A stretch of DNA of 64,000 bases from an uncultured Gammaproteobacteria bacterium (GCA_951828235.1 OX639965.1:2970129-3034128); one strand, 5' to 3'; counted from the first letter of the stretch, positions 1-9,927 are shown. Notes: generated by a model from the sequence alone, not told the origin. Numbers and translations are program-made.

Positions 1-402
1 CTCGGTCAGCACGATCTCGACGAGATGCTGTCCGAGCGTGACAAGCTGAACCAGGACATCCAGGTGATTCTCGACCAGCACACCGACGCCTGGGGCATCA
101 AGGTCTCCAATGTCGAAATCAAGCATGTGGACCTGGACGAGAGCATGATCCGTGCGATCGCCGCCCAGGCCGAGGCCGAGCGGTCCCGGCGCGCCAAGGT
201 CATTCACGCGAAGGGCGAACGGCAGGCAGCCACGCAATTGGCGGAAGCAGCGGCCACGCTAGGCACGGAGGGGCAGGCGCTGCAACTGCGTTACCTGCAG
301 ACGCTCACCGAGGTCGCCAACGAGGGCAGTACCACCATCGTGTTCCCGCTCCCCATCGACCTTATCCAGCCGCTGCTGAAGATGGCCGGAGACAAGTCAT
401 GA
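1..402 (+). CDS. SPFH/band-7 (stomatin/slipin-like) protein, C-terminal part; 5' end lies outside the window
   Basis: The frame is open from base 1. Translation ...[42 protein letters not shown]... is typical of the SPFH domain plus its Ala/Glu-rich coiled-coil tail. Stop overlaps the next gene start (399). Confidence 0.8.
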   Translation, partial: LGQHDLDEMLSERDKLNQDIQVILDQHTDAWGIKVSNVEIKHVDLDESMIRAIAAQAEAERSRRAKVIHAKGERQAATQLAEAAATLGTEGQALQLRYLQTLTEVANEGSTTIVFPLPIDLIQPLLKMAGDKS

Positions 403-1829
403 GCAAGGAATACGACATCATCGTGGTCGGCGCCGGCTCGGCCGGCATGCCGGCCGCCATATTCGCAGCCCAGGGCGGCGCCCGGGTGCTGCAGATCGAC
501 GCCGACACGCGCGTGGGCGGCACGCTCTACTGGTCATCGGGCCAGATCAGCGCCGCGGGCACGCGCCAGCAAGCCGCGCTGGGTATTGAGGACAGTGCCG
601 AGGAACACTACCGGGACGCCCAGCGCATCGCCTACGGAGGCATAGACCCGGTCCTCGGGCCGCTTGCAATTGGCGGCGCCGCGGATACCCTGCACTGGCT
701 CATGGACCTGGGGCTTGAGCTGGCGCCGGAAACGCCGGTCGCCGGGATGGTGCACGAACCCTACACGACGCGCCGCTACGTCTGGGGCCACGAGCAGGCC
801 ATTTCTATTCTCAAGGTGATCGAGCCGGTGCACCGGGAACTGGTGGCGTCGGGCGCGATCGAACTGCGGCTGCAGACCCGCATGACCGGCCTGCTTACTT
901 CCGCTTCAGGGGCTGTTATCGGCGTCAGAGCCGAAAGCGCGGGCGAGGAACTCGAATTCCGGGCGCCGAATGTGGCGCTGACCACCGGCGGTTACGCCGC
1001 CAATCCGGAGCTATGGAACGAGGTCACTCCCTACCCCCTGCATTCCCATTGCAACCCGTTTTCCCGAGGCGAAGGGATCATCGCGGCCCGTGACATCGGC
1101 GCAAAGATCGATCGCACCGACCAGTTTCTGGCCACCTTCGCGGGCTTCCTGCAGGACCCGGACGACCCCTTGAGCGCCTGGTTCTTCCAACTGGCCCCGG
1201 CCTACCGGGCGCCCTGGGAAATATACGTGGACGGCCAGGGCAAGCGGTTCCTGCGCGAAGATCACCCAAGCATTCATTACAGCGAGACCTCGCTGTTGAA
1301 GCAGCCCGGAATGCGCATGGTCATCGTATTCGACGAAGGCATTCGCCAGAACGCAACGCCCATGACCGTTCTGGACAAGCAGGGTCGCGACCTGCGTCCC
1401 GAATTCAATACGCACCCGGCGTTCCAGAAAGCCGACTCCATCGAGGAACTGGCCGGCCGCTTCGATATCCCCCCGGACAACCTCGCGGAAACGGTCACGC
1501 GCTACAACGAAGCCGTCGACAACCACGAGGACCCCGACTTCGATCGCCTTTTTCTGCCGCGCCGCATCGAGCGCGCTCCGTTCTACGGAATCGAAGCGGT
1601 GGGCGTAACCGTGATCAGTCCCGGTGGCGTCAAGGTCAACGGGAATCTGCAGGTGGTGGACCAGTCCGAAAAGCCGATAGGCGGCCTCTACGCCGCCGGC
1701 GAGATTCTCGGCTTCACGCGCCTGTCAGGCGCAGCCTTCGTCGGCGGCATGTCGCTGATGCCGGCCATGACCTTCGGCCGCATGATCGGTGAGCAGACCG
1801 CCGCGCAACTGCAGGCACGCGCCGCCTGA
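399..1829 (+). CDS. FAD-dependent oxidoreductase (fumarate reductase/succinate dehydrogenase flavoprotein-like fold)
   Basis: 476 aa ORF. N-terminal dinucleotide-binding motif [15 protein letters not shown]...D...VGG and C-terminal GGLYAAGE motif typical of FAD_binding_2 proteins. Confidence 0.8.
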   Translation: MSKEYDIIVVGAGSAGMPAAIFAAQGGARVLQIDADTRVGGTLYWSSGQISAAGTRQQAALGIEDSAEEHYRDAQRIAYGGIDPVLGPLAIGGAADTLHWLMDLGLELAPETPVAGMVHEPYTTRRYVWGHEQAISILKVIEPVHRELVASGAIELRLQTRMTGLLTSASGAVIGVRAESAGEELEFRAPNVALTTGGYAANPELWNEVTPYPLHSHCNPFSRGEGIIAARDIGAKIDRTDQFLATFAGFLQDPDDPLSAWFFQLAPAYRAPWEIYVDGQGKRFLREDHPSIHYSETSLLKQPGMRMVIVFDEGIRQNATPMTVLDKQGRDLRPEFNTHPAFQKADSIEELAGRFDIPPDNLAETVTRYNEAVDNHEDPDFDRLFLPRRIERAPFYGIEAVGVTVISPGGVKVNGNLQVVDQSEKPIGGLYAAGEILGFTRLSGAAFVGGMSLMPAMTFGRMIGEQTAAQLQARAA

Positions 1830-1834
1830 CGGAG

Positions 1835-1853
1835 GGAGGGCGTCTCGCCCTCC
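1835..1853. terminator. GC-rich hairpin between convergent genes (possible bidirectional terminator)
   Basis: GGAGGGCG-TCT-CGCCCTCC is a perfect 8-bp inverted repeat located between the stops at 1829 (+) and 1870 (-). No clear U-tract on either strand. Confidence 0.3.
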
Positions 1854-1869
1854 AGACAGTCACACCACA

Positions 1870-3858
1870 CTAGTAGCCGATGTGCTGCTGGACCGGGTCC
1901 TGCGGCGGCGTGAATTGGATCGACTCCTGTGCCCTTGCCGCCCGCGCTGAAGCGGGCGCCTCGCAACTGCCTGTCTCGATGTAGCGTATCGCCGCGGCGA
2001 TACGCCCCTCTTCCGCCGTGCCAAGCTGACTGACCAGGTCATCGGGAACCTCGCACTCGACAGCCAGGCCGTCATAGTAGTCCTCGAACCCGTCCGCGTT
2101 GACGGTTGCGAAAGAAACGGGCCACATAACGCCCTTTCCAGATCCACGAACGCTGGGGCAAAAGTCGAACCCGTATTGACCCACGGGCTTGCCGTATGTT
2201 CGCTCTCCGATCAATGTCACGTTTTCGTGGGGCTGCATCGCGGTAGCGACCAACTCGCTGGCGGATGCGGAGCTTCGGCTCGTGATGAACACGACGTTTT
2301 CCAGGTCCCGCAGCGACGATTCATTCTCGCACTTGGCGACCAGCGCCTGCGAACCATAGACTCCGCAGCCGAAATAAGCAGTTTCGTTCCAGCCGTAACT
2401 CTCCAGCAGGTCGTTGTGAATTCGTCTTGACAGCACGGTCTGGCGACCGCCTTCAAAGAGTTCAGGTCCCCCGATCAATGTAGCCAGACCGTAAGCTATG
2501 GGGACGCTGCCTCCACCGTTGTAGCGCAAGTCCACGATCAGGTGCCGGATGCCCTGCCGGTTGAACTCGGCAAACTCCTCAAGCAGCCGTTCGTTGGCGT
2601 CGCCGAAAAACGTCCGGAAATGAACATACCCCGCTTTGCCTGCGTCGGTATCGAATACGGTCGCGTGTTCATCCGGCACCGTCGGAATCGAAACCAGGCG
2701 CTTGGAGACATCCAGGGTTGAGCGTTCACCCGTCACTTTTTCCAGTTCGAACGTCACTTCGTGCCCATCCTCGTTGGGACCGAACTCGGCGCCGATCTGA
2801 TCGATGCTCAGGCTTTCGATCGCCTTGCCGTTGAGCGAGAGAATCTTGTCGCCACGCTGGAAGCCCGCGTCTCCGGCAGGGGAACCCTGGTACACGTCTA
2901 GGATCTCAAGGTGCACCGGATTCATGAATTGATCGACGATGAAAATGATTCGAAAACCGAACACGTAGGCCTCTCCGGCAAATATCATGTCCGACCGGAC
3001 TCTGGTCAGCCAGTAACTGAAGCCCCGGTCATGAGTCTCCGGCTTCCAGCGGAGTTCGTCCAGCATGGCGTCGAGGGTATTGTGGTCTTCCAGCACAAGG
3101 TTCCCATACCTGGCTGCCTGCTCGCTCTCGTCATTGAAGTAATAGACTTCCTCCATGAGATCGAATATTTCCCTGCGAGCCTCCGGGTAGGTACAAGCGC
3201 CGGCGCCAAACCAGTCCTGGCTCAGGGCCAGGGACTGCGGCGAATTCGAAGCGGCGGACGCCGTCACGGTGACTTCAAGCTCCCTGTCCACGCCGCCATT
3301 CAGGCCATACTGAACAACGATTTCTCCGGAGTCCGTGCCGGACTCGCCGCTCTCGATATAGGCCCAGTCCACGTCTTCCGGCAGGCTCGCGGTCCAGTCC
3401 ATCGTGCCGTATCCGGCATTTCTGACCTGCACGGTTATGCTGCCACCATCCCCCTCGAGATCGGTGCTGCCCACGGAAAGATCAAGGACCGGAGGCGCTT
3501 CCGCCTGGCGGATGGTCACGGTGCGTGAGGCGGATTCGGTTGCCGAGACGGTCAGTTCAAACTCTCTTGCAGCGCCGTCGTTCGCATCCACCTCGATTTG
3601 AACGGTCCCCGCATTGGTCCCGCTGGAACCGCTGGAAATACGCGCCCAGTCAACGCTGGAGGGAATCGACGCCGTCCAGTTGAGCGACCCGCCGCCGCTG
3701 TTGGACACGCTTACGGAAACGTTTTCGCCGCCGGCGTCCGCGTCAATGCTGGTAACGGAAACACTGAGACTGGGGGGCGGGCCATCGTCTCCGGAACCTC
3801 CGCAGGCCGCCACCAAGATGCCTGCCGCAATCGAAACTATGGTAAGTCTTAAAGGCAT
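1870..3858 (-). CDS. S41-family (C-terminal processing / tail-specific) peptidase lipoprotein with two N-terminal BACON-like repeats and a PDZ domain
   Basis: 662 aa. Lipobox signal MPLRLTIVSIAAGILVAAC. Two tandem ~80-aa repeats (..NWTASIPSSVDWARISSGSSGTNAGTVQIEV.. and ..DWTASLPEDVDWAYIESGESGTDSGEIVVQY..). PDZ-like GSPAGDAGFQRGDKILSLNGK. S41 core VDLRYNGGGS ... TSRSSASASE. Confidence 0.8.
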   Translation of the reverse strand: MPLRLTIVSIAAGILVAACGGSGDDGPPPSLSVSVTSIDADAGGENVSVSVSNSGGGSLNWTASIPSSVDWARISSGSSGTNAGTVQIEVDANDGAAREFELTVSATESASRTVTIRQAEAPPVLDLSVGSTDLEGDGGSITVQVRNAGYGTMDWTASLPEDVDWAYIESGESGTDSGEIVVQYGLNGGVDRELEVTVTASAASNSPQSLALSQDWFGAGACTYPEARREIFDLMEEVYYFNDESEQAARYGNLVLEDHNTLDAMLDELRWKPETHDRGFSYWLTRVRSDMIFAGEAYVFGFRIIFIVDQFMNPVHLEILDVYQGSPAGDAGFQRGDKILSLNGKAIESLSIDQIGAEFGPNEDGHEVTFELEKVTGERSTLDVSKRLVSIPTVPDEHATVFDTDAGKAGYVHFRTFFGDANERLLEEFAEFNRQGIRHLIVDLRYNGGGSVPIAYGLATLIGGPELFEGGRQTVLSRRIHNDLLESYGWNETAYFGCGVYGSQALVAKCENESSLRDLENVVFITSRSSASASELVATAMQPHENVTLIGERTYGKPVGQYGFDFCPSVRGSGKGVMWPVSFATVNADGFEDYYDGLAVECEVPDDLVSQLGTAEEGRIAAAIRYIETGSCEAPASARAARAQESIQFTPPQDPVQQHIGY

Positions 3859-3889
3859 AACAGCTTCTCAGGGATAGCCGCAGCTTAAC

Positions 3890-4939
3890 TTATGCGGGCT
3901 TGTGGCAGTGCCAGGTCTTCACCACCAGGAACTGGCGCGGGCCGGGCGTGATTTCAAAGCCCGCGGACTTCAGCAGGCCGTCGAAGTCGCTTTCCATCAG
4001 GTCGATCGACCAGGGCTCGCCGTTGTCGCGGTGATCCAGTTCGAACATGTAGCGCGATTCCGGAGTCATCGGATCGCCGACCGGGAAATCGTAGATGTTG
4101 AACACGCCGCCGGGACGCAGGATCCGGTACATCTCATGCACCACTTTCTCGGTGGCGCTGAACGGAATCTCGTGAAACAGGATGTAACTGTTGACGAGGT
4201 CGAAATGGCCGTCGGCGAAACCGGTGGCCTCGCCCCTCGCCTGCTTGAAACGCACCGGCATTTCCATGCCCTTCGCTCGCTTGTGCGCGTATCGCAGCAG
4301 CGGCTCGGACGGATCCAGGCCCCAGACCTCGGCATCGGAATAGCGCTGCTTGAGCGCCGTGGCGCACTGGCCTATTCCCGTGGCCAGGTCGAGCGCGCGC
4401 GCCACGCCGCCGTTCAGGGGCTCCTGCCCGCAGTCCACCAGGCCGTTGTGTATCATGTCGCCCGCGTTGAAGCCCATGTAGAACGCGTTGGTTCCATGGT
4501 GATAGATCTCGCCCGCCAGCGAGTCGCCGACATAGCCGCCCGGCTGCAGGTGAAAGTCGAACTTGATGTAGTCCGGCATTTCGAGGTCGGGATCGAGCAC
4601 CAGCAGGGAGTCGTCCGAATCGGCCAGCAACTCCTGCTCCATTCGTTCGCGGTCCGCGTCGATGGCGCTGAAGGCCGAGTCCCAGGTCATTTCCTGGAGG
4701 CTGCGCAGCATCCGGTTGCGAATCTGCGTGTCCGGGATGCGGTCCATTACGCGGCATATCGCATCCACGTCATGCACCTGTATGCCGGCTTCCTTCAAGG
4801 CCTCGGCGCCGGCCGCGCGGGACTTGGCGCTGACGCCGCCCGCTGTGATCATCGCACGCAGGCTCAGGGCAAAGCCGAGGCGCTGCTCGGCGTCCAGTGA
4901 TGGAAGGCGGTTTTGCCCTCCGAGTTGTCCTCTATCCAT
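3890..4939 (-). CDS. Class I SAM-dependent methyltransferase with ~150-aa N-terminal extension (paralog of 5774-6979)
   Basis: 349 aa. SAM motif LDLATGIGQCA, then DLVNSYILFHEIP and LRPGGVF. Clear collinear similarity to the 5774-6979 product from LDPDLEMPDY onward. Confidence 0.8.
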   Translation of the reverse strand: MDRGQLGGQNRLPSLDAEQRLGFALSLRAMITAGGVSAKSRAAGAEALKEAGIQVHDVDAICRVMDRIPDTQIRNRMLRSLQEMTWDSAFSAIDADRERMEQELLADSDDSLLVLDPDLEMPDYIKFDFHLQPGGYVGDSLAGEIYHHGTNAFYMGFNAGDMIHNGLVDCGQEPLNGGVARALDLATGIGQCATALKQRYSDAEVWGLDPSEPLLRYAHKRAKGMEMPVRFKQARGEATGFADGHFDLVNSYILFHEIPFSATEKVVHEMYRILRPGGVFNIYDFPVGDPMTPESRYMFELDHRDNGEPWSIDLMESDFDGLLKSAGFEITPGPRQFLVVKTWHCHKPA

Positions 4940-4968
4940 TTCTTTCTCCCTGGTGTGCTGTCCAGCAA

Positions 4969-5286
4969 CTACGGTTCCGGCGGGGCCTCCTGAACTTCCC
5001 CGCCGCGGGCGAATCCGGCGTACACACGCCGGACAAACTCGTCACGCCGCGCAGCCTCTTCCTTAAGTTCTTCCGCGGATGGCAGGTAAAGCTCCACGGC
5101 GTCTTCGGGCAAGGTTCCGGCATCGGCCAGCGCCTTCTCGAGTACCTCGAGTCGCCGCCTGGTGGTCCACAATTCACTGCCGAGCTGCATGACCGTCTCT
5201 ACCAGGTGGTCCAGTACCGGATGGTCAAAATATTGCGGATCGCTCATTTGCGCCTCGCTCGGGTTCTTGCGGGTCGAGCGCGGCAT
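4969..5286 (-). CDS. Small conserved hypothetical protein (paralog of 5416-5760); start uncertain
   Basis: The ORF is open to 5397. The paralog alignment (YFDHPVLDHLVETVMQLGSELWTTRRRLEVLEKAL vs FLGNPHIDNLMSVVIALGAEIWADRQRMKVVERLL) favours an internal Met at 5286 or 5247. Confidence 0.5.
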   Translation of the reverse strand: MPRSTRKNPSEAQMSDPQYFDHPVLDHLVETVMQLGSELWTTRRRLEVLEKALADAGTLPEDAVELYLPSAEELKEEAARRDEFVRRVYAGFARGGEVQEAPPEP

Positions 5287-5415
5287 TTTAGCGTTGCGCG
5301 CGCTCACTCGAAGCAGATGATATTCTAGTGCCGTGTCCCGCTCTGATGCGACAATATGAGCAGGACGCGGCACTAGTATTGCTTCGCTGGTGATCATTCA
5401 AACGGGAGGAACACC

Positions 5416-5760
5416 ATGAGCGACAAAGTCGACAAGGGGCGCACCAAGGCAGCGCCATTCATTCCGGCGGATACTGATGCCGCCGTATTCCTGGGCAACC
5501 CGCACATCGACAACCTGATGTCGGTGGTGATCGCGCTGGGGGCGGAGATCTGGGCCGACCGCCAGCGCATGAAGGTGGTCGAGCGCCTGCTGGAGACCGA
5601 AGGCAAGGCCACCACCGCCATGATCGAGGCCTATGTGCCGACCGACGCCGAGAAAGCGGCGTGGGAAGCGGAACGCGTGGCGATGGTCGAGCGGGTCTAC
5701 AGCGTTCTGTCGCGCGACACGTCGGGTGCACGTCCGTTCGGCGAAGAACGCCAGTTTTAG
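5416..5760 (+). CDS. Small conserved hypothetical protein (paralog of 4969-5286)
   Basis: 114 aa ORF immediately upstream of, and co-oriented with, the methyltransferase at 5774. Similar to the divergent small ORF. Confidence 0.6.
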   Translation: MSDKVDKGRTKAAPFIPADTDAAVFLGNPHIDNLMSVVIALGAEIWADRQRMKVVERLLETEGKATTAMIEAYVPTDAEKAAWEAERVAMVERVYSVLSRDTSGARPFGEERQF

Positions 5761-5773
5761 GAGGTAGCAAGAG

Positions 5774-6979
5774 ATGATCAACAGACGATCCGTGATGGGT
5801 TTGTTCGCCGGAATGGCATCGCTGGCGGCGGCGCCGTTCGCGAGCCGCTCCGCCCGCGCCGATCTGCCGCCTCCGCCGAAGACGCCCGGAAACGTACCGG
5901 GCACCCTGGCGCCGCGCGGCCGCAACGGGCGCATGGAGCGCCTTCCCGAAATCGACCTGGAAAGCAGGATGGACTTCCTGATGTCGGTGCGCACCTTTGC
6001 CAACCAGACATTGAGCAATGCCGCCGGCAAGCGCGCGGACGACATTCTGGCCAGCAAGGGCATTGCGCCGGACACGGAGGTATCGATGCAGGACGCGATC
6101 GCGCTATTGCAGGACGATCCTGTAGTCAGCGCCAGAACCCGAACATGGATGTCGGTGCAGCAGTTGTCGTGGAACAACATTAAGACCGAGTGCGAGAACA
6201 ACGCCGACACCTACCTGAGCGAAATGGAAGCGGTGGACAACCGCGGGCCGGGAACGCTGGAACTGAATCCGGACCTCGAGATGCCCGACTACACCCGCCA
6301 CGAGATCCACATCCAGCCGGGCGGCTACGTGGGCAACGACTTCGCGGGGCACATGTACGACTACGGCACCAACGGCTTCTATACCGGCCGCAACGACCAG
6401 GACGCGCTGCACATGACGGCGGCCTTCGGGCTGCCGATACCGGCGGACGGCAAGGTCAAGCGCATCCTGGACATCGGCACCGGCATCGGCCAGCTGGCCA
6501 TGGCGCTGAAAGAGCGCTTCCCCGACGCGGAAGTGTGGGGCATCGACGTGGGTGGGCCAATGGTGCGTTACGGCCATCTGCGCGCCGTGGAACGGGGGCT
6601 GGACGTGAACTTCGCCCAGCGCTTGGCCGAAGACACCCGCTTCCCCGACAACTACTTCGACCTGGTGACCAGCTACATCATGTTGCATGAAGTCTCGCCG
6701 CAGGGCACGAAGGACATCGTCAACGAGGCCTACCGCATAACGCGCCCCGGGGGAATTTTCTACCCCATTGACTTCAACCTGAAGAACCCGCGCCCGCGCA
6801 CGGCATACGGCCAGTACCGCCGCTGGTGGGACCACCGCTGGAACAACGAGGTGTGGACGATCAAGTACCGCAGCAACGGGCTGCAGGACCTCGTCCGCGC
6901 CGCCGGGTTCGATCTTAACGAGGAGGGTCCGGTCGCACTGCCGCGCTTCGGCGTGATGAACGCCACCAAGCCCGCATAG
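5774..6979 (+). CDS. Class I SAM-dependent methyltransferase with predicted twin-arginine (Tat) signal peptide
   Basis: 401 aa. N-terminus MINRRSVMGLFAGMASLAAAPFASRSARA has an RR motif, a hydrophobic core and AxA. SAM motif LDIGTGIGQLA, DLVTSYIMLHEV, RPGGIF. Paralog of 3890-4939. Confidence 0.8.
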   Translation: MINRRSVMGLFAGMASLAAAPFASRSARADLPPPPKTPGNVPGTLAPRGRNGRMERLPEIDLESRMDFLMSVRTFANQTLSNAAGKRADDILASKGIAPDTEVSMQDAIALLQDDPVVSARTRTWMSVQQLSWNNIKTECENNADTYLSEMEAVDNRGPGTLELNPDLEMPDYTRHEIHIQPGGYVGNDFAGHMYDYGTNGFYTGRNDQDALHMTAAFGLPIPADGKVKRILDIGTGIGQLAMALKERFPDAEVWGIDVGGPMVRYGHLRAVERGLDVNFAQRLAEDTRFPDNYFDLVTSYIMLHEVSPQGTKDIVNEAYRITRPGGIFYPIDFNLKNPRPRTAYGQYRRWWDHRWNNEVWTIKYRSNGLQDLVRAAGFDLNEEGPVALPRFGVMNATKPA

Positions 6980-6983
6980 CGGC

Positions 6984-7817
6984 GTGCGTGACAAGAACGC
7001 GAAACTGACCCGCCGGCAAACGCTCGCGGGGGCAGGCGCCGCGCTCGTAGCTTCCGCGGCAGGGTCCACGGCGAAGGCTGAGGAGGAATCGAAGACCTTC
7101 ATCCTCGTGCACGGCACCTGGCTGGGCGGCTGGAGCTGGCAGTTCGTGCGCCACATCCTGGAGCGAGCCGGACACGACGTTTATGCGCCTTCACTGACCG
7201 GCTGCGGCGACCGCATCCACATGACCAGCCCGGACGTGGGTCTCGACACCCACATTCAGGACATCGTCAACATCATCGACTTCGAGAACCTCGATGACGT
7301 CATCCTCGTGGGGCATTCCTTCGCCGGCATGGTCATCACCGGCGTGGCGGACCAAAGGCGCGACCGGATACGCCGCATCGTCTTCTTCGATGCGCTGGTT
7401 CCGACAGAAGGCCGCATGAGCGGCGTGAGCCGTACGCCTGCGGGGGAGCTCTCCGAGTACTTCATCAAGCGCATGGAGAAATTCGTCGACGGCTACCAGA
7501 TGGACTATTTCGACTCGTACCCGCTCAAGATGGTGGTGCCGGATTCCGAACCCGAGCTTCAGGCGCTTCTGGAGGAAAAGATCACGCTGCACCCCATGCG
7601 CGCCTGGTCGGACGAACTGGAGCTCGAGAACGGCGGCTGGGAGGGCCTGCCGCGCACCTATATCCACTGCGTGGGCCAGGAATACTCCATGACCAGCGAT
7701 TTCATGGTCGGCCCGGCGCGGGGGCCCGGATGGCAATTCATCGAACTGGACACCCCGCGCGGGGGCATGCTGACCCACCCGGAGATGGTCGCCGATATTT
7801 TCGCGCAACTGACCTGA
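6984..7817 (+). CDS. Alpha/beta-fold hydrolase (esterase family) with Tat-type signal
   Basis: 277 aa from GTG. N-terminus KLTRRQTLAGAGAALVASAAGSTAKA. FILVHGTWLGGWSW oxyanion region and nucleophile elbow GHSFAG. Confidence 0.75.
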   Translation: MRDKNAKLTRRQTLAGAGAALVASAAGSTAKAEEESKTFILVHGTWLGGWSWQFVRHILERAGHDVYAPSLTGCGDRIHMTSPDVGLDTHIQDIVNIIDFENLDDVILVGHSFAGMVITGVADQRRDRIRRIVFFDALVPTEGRMSGVSRTPAGELSEYFIKRMEKFVDGYQMDYFDSYPLKMVVPDSEPELQALLEEKITLHPMRAWSDELELENGGWEGLPRTYIHCVGQEYSMTSDFMVGPARGPGWQFIELDTPRGGMLTHPEMVADIFAQLT

Positions 7818-9016
7818 TGCGCCGTGCACTGGTCCTGGGGGCGGCCTTTGCCTGGGCCGCCGCTGCACACGGGCAGGTGTCGCCGGAAATTCGCGCGCTC
7901 CATGATCGCGTGTTCACCCTCGACGCCCACGTGGACATTTCGCTGTCCTTTGCGACCGAGGAAACGGATCCGGGCGTGGACGGCTTCGAACCGGTGGACC
8001 TGCCGAAGATGGAGCGGGGCGGGCTCGACGCCGCCGCATTTGCCGTATTTGCGTCGCATGGCCCCCTGGACGAGACCGGCTACGCCCAGGCGCTTGAACA
8101 GGCCCGCACCAAGGCCGCCGCCATCCGCCGCATGACCCTTGATATGTACCCGCAACGCATCGGCCTGGCGTTGACGGCGGACGACCTGCGCAATCATGCG
8201 GCCGAAGGGCGGCGCAGCGCTCTCATGTCCATGCTGAACGCCTACAGCCTGGGCGCCGCGGGCGAACACGTCGATGAGTTTTTCGCTGCCGGCGTGCGCA
8301 TGGTCGGATTCACCCACCTCGGGCATAACCAGTTCGCCGATTCAGCGCGCCCCAGCCCCGCCCTGGGCGACGGGCCGGCGCTTCACGGGGGCCTGTCGGA
8401 CGCGGGTCGGAACCTGGTAGCCAGGCTGAACGACCTGGGCGCAATCATCGACGTCTCGCAGATCACGGAGGACGCCCTGCTGCAGACCGTCGCCCTGAGC
8501 CGCGCGCCGGTCGTGGCTTCGCACGTGAGGGTAAAGGCGCTGGTGGATCATCCGCGCAACCTGAGCGACCGGGCCCTTGAGGCGGTCGGCTCGTCCGGCG
8601 GCGTCGTGCACATCGTGGCCTTCGACGGCTACCTCAAGGAACCCTGCCCCGAACGTTCGAATGCCATTCTGGATCTGTTGAGCCGCAACCGCCGCGAGAC
8701 GGTAGAGCAGCGGGAGGCCTACTTCAGGGAAACGCGCGAGATCAACGAGCGCCTGCCCGGCGCGTCCGTCTCCGACCTGGTGGACCAGGTGGACTACGTG
8801 GTCGGGCTATTGGGGATCGATCACGTGGGGCTGGCCACGGATTTCAACCACGGCGGCGGCATCGCCGGCTGGAGGGACGAGGGCGACGTGCCCAACGTCA
8901 CGGCGGAACTGGTCCGCCGCGGCTACTCCGAACAGGAAATCGCCAGGATCTGGGGCGGCAACTTCCTGCGCGTGTTCGACGAGGTAACCGCACTGGCGCG
9001 CGCCAACCCTGAATGA
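7817..9016 (+). CDS. Membrane dipeptidase (peptidase family M19) with Sec signal
   Basis: The ORF is open from 7730. ATG at 7817 overlaps the upstream stop (TGATG) and gives the signal MRRALVLGAAFAWAAAAHG. FTLDAHVD, FTHLGHNQFADS, IVAFDGY and GLATDFNHGGG match the renal-dipeptidase fold. Confidence 0.8.
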   Translation: MRRALVLGAAFAWAAAAHGQVSPEIRALHDRVFTLDAHVDISLSFATEETDPGVDGFEPVDLPKMERGGLDAAAFAVFASHGPLDETGYAQALEQARTKAAAIRRMTLDMYPQRIGLALTADDLRNHAAEGRRSALMSMLNAYSLGAAGEHVDEFFAAGVRMVGFTHLGHNQFADSARPSPALGDGPALHGGLSDAGRNLVARLNDLGAIIDVSQITEDALLQTVALSRAPVVASHVRVKALVDHPRNLSDRALEAVGSSGGVVHIVAFDGYLKEPCPERSNAILDLLSRNRRETVEQREAYFRETREINERLPGASVSDLVDQVDYVVGLLGIDHVGLATDFNHGGGIAGWRDEGDVPNVTAELVRRGYSEQEIARIWGGNFLRVFDEVTALARANPE

Positions 9017-9031
9017 GGCGCCGGCCGAGCG

Positions 9032-9619
9032 CTATGTGCGCTGGATTCGATATACGAATGCCGGGGGTACATTTAGGGCCGCGACTCCGAGACATGATGC
9101 CCTGAGTCCGAGGCCGTCGAGCATGCGCGTGGCGACGGGACAGACGCCACCATAGGTGAACTGATGAAAGGCTCCACCCTCGCCGAGCAGCCTGAAGGCC
9201 GAAGCCAACAGCCGGCGCTTTCTGGCATCCGAAAACAGAAGCAGCGGCAAGCCGCTGATGATGAAATCGACCTGGCCCATCAGATCCTCCAGATGCTCGC
9301 CGAGCGATGTAGCGTCACCTTGCACGATGCGCGCGCCGGGGAAGCGCTCCTGGAGGGTTGCGACGAACCTCTCGTCACTCTCCACCAGGCAGAGGTCCCT
9401 TTCGGATACGCCCTTATTGAGGATCGCCGTGGTCAGCGCGCCCGTTCCCGCGCCCACCTCGACAACGCGCGCGCCCCCCTCGCAGCCGCGAGCCATGAGC
9501 CGGCCCAGTGATGGACCACTCGGCACAACGGCGCCCACGGCGCGCGGATCGCTGAACAGGCTGCGGAAGAATCCGCCAAGCTGACCGTTCCCGTACGGTT
9601 GGAATTCGTCTCTGGCCAT
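9032..9619 (-). CDS. Class I SAM-dependent methyltransferase (small, COG3963-like)
   Basis: 195 aa. VVEVGAGTGALT SAM motif followed by LCLVESDERF and IISGLPLL. Confidence 0.7.
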   Translation of the reverse strand: MARDEFQPYGNGQLGGFFRSLFSDPRAVGAVVPSGPSLGRLMARGCEGGARVVEVGAGTGALTTAILNKGVSERDLCLVESDERFVATLQERFPGARIVQGDATSLGEHLEDLMGQVDFIISGLPLLLFSDARKRRLLASAFRLLGEGGAFHQFTYGGVCPVATRMLDGLGLRASCLGVAALNVPPAFVYRIQRT

Positions 9620-9627
9620 GGCAACCG

Positions 9628-9927
9628 TTACTGAGGCGCCATCCGGTCATCAATATCTTCAAATCCCGCGCGTAAACCAAAGGTCTGGCCGACCTTAAAC
9701 TTGATCGGGCGGTGCATTGCATCCACCCAGAGATTCGAGTGCGTTTCGTATTCCTCACCGACGCCGTCCAGCGAACCTTTTTCGCCAAACACGAAATGAC
9801 GAACGGTTATCTCAGATCCATCGGCGCGGGCAAGCGTGAAATCCCGCACATGAGCAAAGCTGACGACTACGTCGAATGATCTCATGTCCTGGTTCAGCAC
9901 GAAGGCCATCCAGCGAAAGTCCTGCAC
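9628..9927 (-). CDS. Hypothetical protein; possibly the 3' part of a frameshifted secreted protein
   Basis: 99-aa ORF from GTG. A 52-aa ORF (10052-9894, other frame) encodes a signal-like MKELSGLLAVTVLATASARG and overlaps its 5' end (see findings). Confidence 0.4.
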   Translation of the reverse strand: MQDFRWMAFVLNQDMRSFDVVVSFAHVRDFTLARADGSEITVRHFVFGEKGSLDGVGEEYETHSNLWVDAMHRPIKFKVGQTFGLRAGFEDIDDRMAPQ

